A stretch of 64,000 nucleotides of DNA from Candidatus Aenigmatarchaeota archaeon (lineage in GTDB: Archaea > Aenigmatarchaeota > Aenigmatarchaeia > QMZP01). The stretch covers positions 89,078-153,077 of the forward strand of contig JBDRSV010000005.1 of NCBI GenBank assembly GCA_043824495.1, in the 5' to 3' direction. Within the stretch, counting starts at the first letter, position 1. The number at the start of each line of letters is the position of its first letter. The position numbers were made by a program, and so were the translations under genes. Below are positions 57,188 through 64,000 of this stretch, one piece after another. The notes under the pieces are model-generated. The model was given only the letters and a program-made list of their open reading frames with translations. It searched no databases and had not been told where the DNA came from.

Positions 57188-59170
57188 ATGGTCAAAGCAA
57201 AACCTAAAAAAGTTGTAAATAAAGTCATAGCTAAACCTAAGACTGCAAAACTAGTCAAACATGCAAAAGTACATAAGCCGGTGACACATGAAACTACACA
57301 CAGTGATCATGTGAAGTCAGCTCATAAACCAGTGAAGAGACATGATGATATTAATTTAATTCCCCAATCAGCAATCAAGGGCCTTTGTGATATCTATTTC
57401 AATGGAAATCATATTGGAATTTCAAAAGATCCACACTCATTTATAGAAAAAGTCAAACACAAGAGAAGAATGGGACTGATTTCAGAACAAACAAATGTTG
57501 CTTATTATTATACCCATAATGAGGTTAGAATCACAACTGAAAGCGGAAGACTCAGAAGACCTCTTATTTTAGTTGAAGGTGGAAAATCTAAACTAACGCC
57601 AGCATTGAAAGAAAAATTAAAAGAGGAAAAAATAGACTGGGAATACCTTATGAAACATGGTATTGTTGAATACGTGGATGCGAAAGAAGAAGAAAATACA
57701 TACATTGCATTAGAGGAAGAAGACATAACAAAAGATCATACTCATGTAGAAGTTGATCCAATGAGTTTACTTGGTTTATCTGCTTCATTGATTCCTTATC
57801 CTGAGTATAACAGAGGAGACAGAATTAATTATGGTGCTAAGATGATTGGACAAGCTATTGGTTTAATGGCTAATAACTATCTAGTTCGGTCTGATACAAA
57901 ATTCAATGTTCTTGCATATCCACAAGGTCCAATGGTTACAACAGGTGCAGATAAACTTCTAGATAATTATTCTGAAGGACAAAATATTGTGATTGCAATT
58001 ATGTGTTATGATGGTTACAATCTTAATGATGCTGTTGTGATGAACAAATCCTCAGTGGAAAGAGGATTGTTTAGATCATTCTATTTCAGAACATACGAAA
58101 CAATCAAGAAGAGATATTGGGGTGGACAAGAAGACGAAATCATGATACCTGAACCTGGAATAAAGGGTTACAGAGGAGAAGACGCATACAATGATTTAGG
58201 ACCAGATGGAATAATCAACCCGGAAACACCTGTAGATTCTGGTTCTGTTTTAGTAGGTAAAGTTTCACCTCTAAGATTCCTTTCAGCTGAAGAGTTTATC
58301 AGTGAAACAGATAACAAGAGAGAAACATCTATAGCTGTTAGACATGGAGAGAAGGGAATTGTTGATACAATCATGATTACAGAGACAGTTGATGCTAATC
58401 AATTACTAAAAATTAAGATTAGAGATCAGAGAATTCCACAAGTTGGAGACAAGTTTGCTTCAAGACATGGACAAAAAGGTGTTATGGGATTGCTTGTTCC
58501 TCAAGAAGACATGCCATTCACAACAAGTGGTATTTGTCCTGATATAATATTCAATCCTCATGCAATTCCATCAAGAATGACACTGGGTCATTTGTTAGAG
58601 ATATTAGCAGGCAAAGCGGGAGCTTTTGCAGGAAGAAAAATAGACGCATCCGCTTTCAATCATGAAAAAGAAGAAGATATTAGAAAATTATTGAAAAGTA
58701 TGGGATTCAGAGATGATGGAAAAGAAGTAATGTATGATGGTAGAACAGGAAGAAAATATGATGTTCAAATATTTACTGGTATTTCATATTATTTGAAACT
58801 TGATCATATGGTTGTGGATAAGATACATTCCAGATCAAGAGGACCTGTAACATTGTTAACTAAACAACCAACAGAGGGAAGATCAAAGAGAGGTGGATTA
58901 AGAATAGGAGAAATGGAGCAACAGTGCTTGGTTGGACATGGCGCAGCTATGACTCTCAGAGAAAGATTTAGTTCAGATGATACAAAGATACCAATTTGTA
59001 ATAAATGTGGATTGTTTGCTACATACGACATTACTAAAAACAGGGCTTACTGCACAGTTTGTAAAGACAGTGAAATATCATGGGTGCAAACATCATATGC
59101 TTTCAAGATTACTCTAGATGAACTAAAATCAATGGGTATATACCCAAAGATTAAGACGGAGGAATTATAA
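57188..59170 (+). CDS. rpoB1: RNA polymerase subunit B' (Rpo2C) with K/H-rich N-terminal extension
   Basis: GYNLNDA, GDKFASRHGQKG, HAIPSRMT, GGLRIGEME, C-terminal Zn ribbon. Confidence 0.97.
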   Translation: MVKAKPKKVVNKVIAKPKTAKLVKHAKVHKPVTHETTHSDHVKSAHKPVKRHDDINLIPQSAIKGLCDIYFNGNHIGISKDPHSFIEKVKHKRRMGLISEQTNVAYYYTHNEVRITTESGRLRRPLILVEGGKSKLTPALKEKLKEEKIDWEYLMKHGIVEYVDAKEEENTYIALEEEDITKDHTHVEVDPMSLLGLSASLIPYPEYNRGDRINYGAKMIGQAIGLMANNYLVRSDTKFNVLAYPQGPMVTTGADKLLDNYSEGQNIVIAIMCYDGYNLNDAVVMNKSSVERGLFRSFYFRTYETIKKRYWGGQEDEIMIPEPGIKGYRGEDAYNDLGPDGIINPETPVDSGSVLVGKVSPLRFLSAEEFISETDNKRETSIAVRHGEKGIVDTIMITETVDANQLLKIKIRDQRIPQVGDKFASRHGQKGVMGLLVPQEDMPFTTSGICPDIIFNPHAIPSRMTLGHLLEILAGKAGAFAGRKIDASAFNHEKEEDIRKLLKSMGFRDDGKEVMYDGRTGRKYDVQIFTGISYYLKLDHMVVDKIHSRSRGPVTLLTKQPTEGRSKRGGLRIGEMEQQCLVGHGAAMTLRERFSSDDTKIPICNKCGLFATYDITKNRAYCTVCKDSEISWVQTSYAFKITLDELKSMGIYPKIKTEEL

Positions 59171-61680
59171 TGACTTCAAAAATATCTGAAATGCACTTCA
59201 GTTTGCTTTCACCAGACCTAATCAAAGCTCTAGCTAGAGTTAGAGTTGTCACATCAGATTTGTATGATGCAGATGGTTATCCAGTAGAAGGTGGAGTTAT
59301 GGACCCACGTCTTGGTGTTATAGATCCAGGACTACATTGCAGAACTTGTGGTGGTGGAATTGGTGATTGTGGTGGTCATTTTGGGTATTTAGAGTTTGCT
59401 AAACCAATAGTTAATGTTTTATACACAAAAACAGTATACAGTCTATTGAAAATTACTTGTAGAAAGTGTTCAAGAGTTATGATGAAGGATGAACCATTAA
59501 AGAAACTTTTGACTACACCACCATTGAAATGCATACATTGTAATGCTAAACAAAAGAAAATCAGCTTTGTTAAACCATACAATTATTATGAAGACAAAGA
59601 TGAAATATCTCCTCAGGTGATAAGAGAAAGGTTTGAAAACATTCCTAATGCTGATCTTAAAAAAATCGGTGTAAATGGAGGAAGACCAGAATGGTTAATA
59701 TTAACATTATTCCCAATACCACCTGTAACAATTAGACCATCAATCACACTAGAGGGTGGAGAAAGATCAGAAGACGATTTGACGCATAAATTAGTTGATA
59801 TTGTTAGAATTAATCAAAGCTTGAAAGAGAATATAGACATAGGTGCTCCTGAGTTTATTTTAGCTGATTTGTGGGAATTAGTACAATATCATACATCAAC
59901 TTATTTTGATAATGAATTGACAGGAACACCTCTTGCAAGACATAGATCTGGTAGAGCTTTAAAGGGTCTTGTACAGAGATTGAAATCAAAAGAAGGGAGA
60001 ATTAGAGGCAATTTGCTTGGTAAGAGGGTAAACTTCTCTGCAAGAACTGTAATTTCTCCTGATCCAAGAATATCAATAAATGAAGTTGGAGTTCCTAAAT
60101 CAATTGCAGAAGAATTAACAATTAGCATGTTTGTTACGAAGAATAACATGAAAGAAATCAAAGAATTGTTTAAGAACGATAAGATAAATTATGTTATTAG
60201 ACCTGATGAAAGAAGAATCAAAATTACAGGTGAAAACAAGAAAATGGTTTTAGACAATCTAGTAGAAGATTGGATAGTTGAAAGACAGTTAGAAGATAAT
60301 GATATTGTTCTTTTCAATAGACAACCATCTCTTCATAAAGTGTCTATAATGGCTCACAGAGTTAAAATAATGGATGAAAATACATTCAGAATGAATCCTA
60401 GTGTGTGTCCACCATATAATGCAGATTTCGATGGGGACGAGATGAATCTTCATGCTTTACAGACAGAAGAAGCTAGAACAGAAGCTGAATTATTGATGGA
60501 AGTTCAGCATAATATTATATCACCAAAATTCGGAGGACCTTTAATAGGGCTTGATTTGGATCAAATATCAGGTTCATATTTACTTACAAGAAAAGAAACT
60601 AAAATGAGTAAAGAAGATGCTGTTCAGTTACTCGCTGACGCTGCAATTGATATTGAATTACCAAACCAGAAAGAATTCACAGGTAAAGAAATTTTCAGCG
60701 TGCTATTACCAAAAGAATTAACCATGGAATTTGAAAGTAATTTTGCCAGTGGATTGGAAGGAACAAGAGAACAAAAGAAAAAACATGATGGAGTTGTTGT
60801 AATTAATAATGGTGTTCTTGAACAAGGTGTAATTGATTCTAAAGCTGTTGGAGCAATGAAAGGTAAGATCATACAAAAATTGCATAAAGTTGTATCAGAA
60901 GATGCTGTTAAGAATTTCATTGACCAATCTGGAAGATTAGGAATTTCTTATCTCATGAGAAGAGGATTTTCCGTGGGAATATCTGATATGGATTTGGATA
61001 CACAAACACAGAAAGCCACTAAAGTAGAAATACAAAAATCAATTGATGATGCCAATGGTCTTATTGAACAATTTAACCATGGTGGACTAAATATTCTTCC
61101 TGGTATGACACCAGAAGAATCACTTGAAGCACAAATCATGAATGTTTTGGCAAATGGTGTAAGTAGAGTGAGTGATATAGTTGGTAAGAGTCTAGATGAT
61201 AATAGCCTAGACGGTAATAATAAGGATATTCTTCATATGACAAAATCTGGTTCAAAAGGTTCTATTATTAACACAACACAGATGGCTGCGGTAGTAGGAC
61301 AAGAAACCATCTTAGGTAAGAGAATAAAGAGGGGTTATCAAGATAGAACTCTTCCACATATTAGACCAGGTGATTTATCTCCAATGTCTCATGGTTTTGT
61401 AGCTAGAGGATTCAAACAAGGTTTGACTCCATTTGAGTTGTTCTGGAACATCATGAATGGTAGAGAAGGACTGATGGATAAATCACTTAGAACAAGGAAG
61501 TCTGGTTACATGCAGAGACGTTTAGTGAATGCTTTACAAGACTTGAAAGTCTGTGATGATTTAACAGTTAGAAACTCAAACGGTAAAATAGTTCAGTTCA
61601 AGGCAGGAGAAGATGGTCTTGACACATCTAAATCCGACTGGGGTAAATTCGATTGGAAGGAAAATATAAAGAAAAAATGA
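59170..61680 (+). CDS. rpoA1: RNA polymerase subunit A' (Rpo1N)
   Basis: CRTC, GHFG, LLGKRVNFSARTVI, NRQPSLH, YNADFDGDEMN. Confidence 0.98.
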   Translation: MTSKISEMHFSLLSPDLIKALARVRVVTSDLYDADGYPVEGGVMDPRLGVIDPGLHCRTCGGGIGDCGGHFGYLEFAKPIVNVLYTKTVYSLLKITCRKCSRVMMKDEPLKKLLTTPPLKCIHCNAKQKKISFVKPYNYYEDKDEISPQVIRERFENIPNADLKKIGVNGGRPEWLILTLFPIPPVTIRPSITLEGGERSEDDLTHKLVDIVRINQSLKENIDIGAPEFILADLWELVQYHTSTYFDNELTGTPLARHRSGRALKGLVQRLKSKEGRIRGNLLGKRVNFSARTVISPDPRISINEVGVPKSIAEELTISMFVTKNNMKEIKELFKNDKINYVIRPDERRIKITGENKKMVLDNLVEDWIVERQLEDNDIVLFNRQPSLHKVSIMAHRVKIMDENTFRMNPSVCPPYNADFDGDEMNLHALQTEEARTEAELLMEVQHNIISPKFGGPLIGLDLDQISGSYLLTRKETKMSKEDAVQLLADAAIDIELPNQKEFTGKEIFSVLLPKELTMEFESNFASGLEGTREQKKKHDGVVVINNGVLEQGVIDSKAVGAMKGKIIQKLHKVVSEDAVKNFIDQSGRLGISYLMRRGFSVGISDMDLDTQTQKATKVEIQKSIDDANGLIEQFNHGGLNILPGMTPEESLEAQIMNVLANGVSRVSDIVGKSLDDNSLDGNNKDILHMTKSGSKGSIINTTQMAAVVGQETILGKRIKRGYQDRTLPHIRPGDLSPMSHGFVARGFKQGLTPFELFWNIMNGREGLMDKSLRTRKSGYMQRRLVNALQDLKVCDDLTVRNSNGKIVQFKAGEDGLDTSKSDWGKFDWKENIKKK

Positions 61681-62846
61681 TAATTATGGAAAGCTTACCA
61701 ATTAAGATACAAAAAGAATTAATGGCATTCATAGAAAAGAAAAAGCTAGATAAAAAACAGCAGGAAAAGCTAATAGAAAATGTCAAGGAATTGTATGACA
61801 AATCTACATATGATCCTGAAGAGCCTATTGGTGTCATCGCTGCTCAATCTTTATCAGAACCAGCAACACAGATGACGATGAGAACATACCATTTCGCAGG
61901 TACAGCTGGTATTCAGGTTACTCTTGGTTTACCAAGAATGCTTGAGTTATTCGATGCAAGAAAAGAACCAAGAACACCTGCTATGACTATTTACATTAAG
62001 AAAGAATATCAAGACATCGAAAAAATAAAGAAAATAGCTGAAACTATCAGAGAAGTCAAGGTTAAGGATGTAGCCTTGTCTACAGTCGTGGATCTAACAG
62101 ACCTATGGATTAAATGTAAGGTTGATACAAAGAGAATAGGCGAACTTGGTTTGGATTTAACTAAATTACCTAAATTGATCAAGCTGAGAAATACAAACAT
62201 TGCAATAGAAGGTAATGAATTAACTGTTCAAGCTAAAAAACAAGATGTCAAGAACTTGCATAAACTCAAATACTCATTCTTAGATTCTCATCTTGGTGGT
62301 ATCAAGGGTATATCACAAGTTGTTGTTACAAAAGAAAATGAATGGATCATCAATACATTGGGATCCAATTTAAAGAAAGTGTTTGAAGTTGAAGGTGTTG
62401 ATGCTTCAAGAACATTCTCAAACAACATTTTCGAAACTTATGACGTCCTTGGAGTAGAAGCTGCAAGAAATGCTATAATTAGCCAGGTTCAGTTTACAAT
62501 GGAAGAACAGGGACTTGGAATAGATATGAGATATGTTATGCTTTTGGCAGATTTGATGACTTCACAAGGAATGATTAAAGCTATTGGAAGATATGGTATA
62601 TCAGGTCAGAAATCCTCTGTTTTAGTGAGAGCTTCCTTCGAGGAAACAAAGAAGCACTTCACTGCTGCTTCTGTACGAGGAGAGACTGACATGCTAAGAG
62701 GACCAATAGAGAACATAATGATGAATCAGATTGTGCCTATGGGCACTGGTTCATTCAATTTAATAGGAAAGATTCCTGAAGGCAAATCCAAAGTAAAGAA
62801 GAAAACTGCAACAAAGAAAGCGACAAAGAAAACAAAAAAGAAATGA
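61677..62846 (+). CDS. rpoA2: RNA polymerase subunit A'' (Rpo1C)
   Basis: AAQSLSEPATQMTMRTYH, TLGLPR, GVEAAR, RASFE. Confidence 0.97.
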   Translation: MIIMESLPIKIQKELMAFIEKKKLDKKQQEKLIENVKELYDKSTYDPEEPIGVIAAQSLSEPATQMTMRTYHFAGTAGIQVTLGLPRMLELFDARKEPRTPAMTIYIKKEYQDIEKIKKIAETIREVKVKDVALSTVVDLTDLWIKCKVDTKRIGELGLDLTKLPKLIKLRNTNIAIEGNELTVQAKKQDVKNLHKLKYSFLDSHLGGIKGISQVVVTKENEWIINTLGSNLKKVFEVEGVDASRTFSNNIFETYDVLGVEAARNAIISQVQFTMEEQGLGIDMRYVMLLADLMTSQGMIKAIGRYGISGQKSSVLVRASFEETKKHFTAASVRGETDMLRGPIENIMMNQIVPMGTGSFNLIGKIPEGKSKVKKKTATKKATKKTKKK

Positions 62847-62882
62847 TACGAGTAATTTTTATCTAGTTAAAACAAATAATAA

Positions 62883-63173
62883 TTGATGAGTTTGAAAAAA
62901 TTCTTGAAACCTACACCGAGTAAGATCATTATTCTTATTATATTGGGAATTTTCTTGTCATTCATGCCAGGCGTTGTTGAGACCATGTATGCCGGGTTCC
63001 CATTGGGATTCGTTCCTCCAAGTATAGAATGCATAATGAACGCAGGAACTGCAGATATTGCTGCTCCATGCATACAACCAGAATTCTTGTGGTATAATTT
63101 CATAATTGATATTATTATTTGGTATATCATATCTGCAGTGATAGTAGCCATATATCACAGAATCAAGAAGTAA
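62883..63173 (+). CDS. Small membrane protein
   Basis: LKKFLKPTPSKII plus two TMs. Confidence 0.65.
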   Translation: MMSLKKFLKPTPSKIIILIILGIFLSFMPGVVETMYAGFPLGFVPPSIECIMNAGTADIAAPCIQPEFLWYNFIIDIIIWYIISAVIVAIYHRIKK

Positions 63174-63200
63174 TTTCAATCTTTCTGTCTTATTCTACAT

Positions 63201-63578
63201 ATGACAGATGATGATATGTCTCATCCATGGTATACTCCAGAGAGAGATGGATCTTTAGCTAGATATATGGAAGAACATGATGGTAGAGTTACTTCTCGTT
63301 TATTTCATGGATTAAAACAGTATCAACTACTTTGGGATACAGGTTATTTAGAACCACAAATAAGTAGTATTAGATTAATGTGGAGTCACGCTCGATCAGA
63401 TGAGCATTATATGGTTATATCAGAAAATGAATTAGAAGGTATTGAAGCTGCATATCATGGTGGAAAACCAGGAATTCATCGCCCAAAAGATATCTTAATT
63501 GCTGACGCTCCTCCATGGGAAGCTCTTGATCTTCATCCACATCCCACAGCAAGAAAAGAATTACCAGAAGGAACATAA
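63201..63578 (+). CDS. Hypothetical protein
   Basis: 125-aa ORF, no recognised motif. Confidence 0.55.
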   Translation: MTDDDMSHPWYTPERDGSLARYMEEHDGRVTSRLFHGLKQYQLLWDTGYLEPQISSIRLMWSHARSDEHYMVISENELEGIEAAYHGGKPGIHRPKDILIADAPPWEALDLHPHPTARKELPEGT

Positions 63579-63643
63579 GCTTAGTCGAAGACATTACTAT
63601 CAACATTAGACTTTTAAACCTTTTTCCACAATAAAACTAAGAT

Positions 63644-64000
63644 ATGAAAATTCTTTTAATTGCTCTTGTTGGAGTTTTACTATTAAGCACATCTGTTGTT
63701 AATGCACAAAGTGATCAATCAGGACTACCTGACTGGTTACAGAACATAATAGACTCAATATCATCATTTTTTCAAAGATTGTTCTCAGGATCAGGACCAT
63801 TGCGTAATCCTCAGGTAAATATGATCAATAATACTACAGTCATAACAGTAGAAGTTGGTCCTTATCCAGGATTTTATGGTTGTGAATTTGTGCAATTACC
63901 GTGGCCAGGAGTGAACACGAAACATGTTTCTTGTCCATACGAGACACCTGGGGCTGCAATAAACAACGCTCCTGATGCATTCTGTAAAACTGCAATGGGA
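63644..64000 (+). CDS. Secreted protein, partial (runs off window)
   Basis: MKILLIALVGVLLLSTSVVNAQ signal; open to the window end. Confidence 0.65.
   Translation, partial: MKILLIALVGVLLLSTSVVNAQSDQSGLPDWLQNIIDSISSFFQRLFSGSGPLRNPQVNMINNTTVITVEVGPYPGFYGCEFVQLPWPGVNTKHVSCPYETPGAAINNAPDAFCKTAMG

Noticed and set aside
244-63606. Many short alternative-frame or antisense ORFs in the track (e.g. 18143, 30351, 43049, 50952)
   Set aside because: Shadow ORFs over well-supported genes, without RBS or motifs; more frequent in GC-rich islands as expected

Overview
Chromosomal window of an AT-rich DPANN-type archaeon, possibly Aenigmarchaeota-like (inference from split RpoB''/B' and RpoA'/A'', EF-1alpha, eS6, archaeal RibK/RibC, Rad50, RPA, class III signal peptides and TATA-driven leaderless genes). 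Four higher-GC islands interrupt the backbone (about 22.3-24.4, 29.6-33.5, 38.8-48.3 and 48.3-51.7 kb). All island genes are on the + strand, most have strong AGGAGG-type Shine-Dalgarno sites and several are followed by intrinsic-terminator-like hairpins. They encode bacterial, partly diderm-only, proteins: a porin-like beta-barrel, lipoproteins, a type IVa pilin, FHA, STAS, LysM, acyl-CoA enzymes, novel paralog families, plus a tRNA and a tRNA-like RNA. Each island ends on the right in a hairpin directly followed by the same 26-bp motif, TTATATTGTCTAATTAAAGGGATATA (23-26/26 identity; 20 bp identical in three copies). The motif can be read as a T-DNA-right-border/oriT-like nick site or as an archaeal promoter firing antisense into the island. 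The AT-rich backbone also carries proteins acting on bacterial-type systems: two ECF sigma factors, a PHPT1/Janus-like phosphohistidine phosphatase, an HD-GYP protein, a CheD/CNF1-like deamidase, RHS proteins rich in D-S/T sequons and a five-dockerin adhesin. Working hypothesis (inference): an archaeal episymbiont of an FCB-group bacterium carrying bordered DNA cargo built for expression in the bacterium. No relaxase, integrase, secretion system or CRISPR array is visible in this window.
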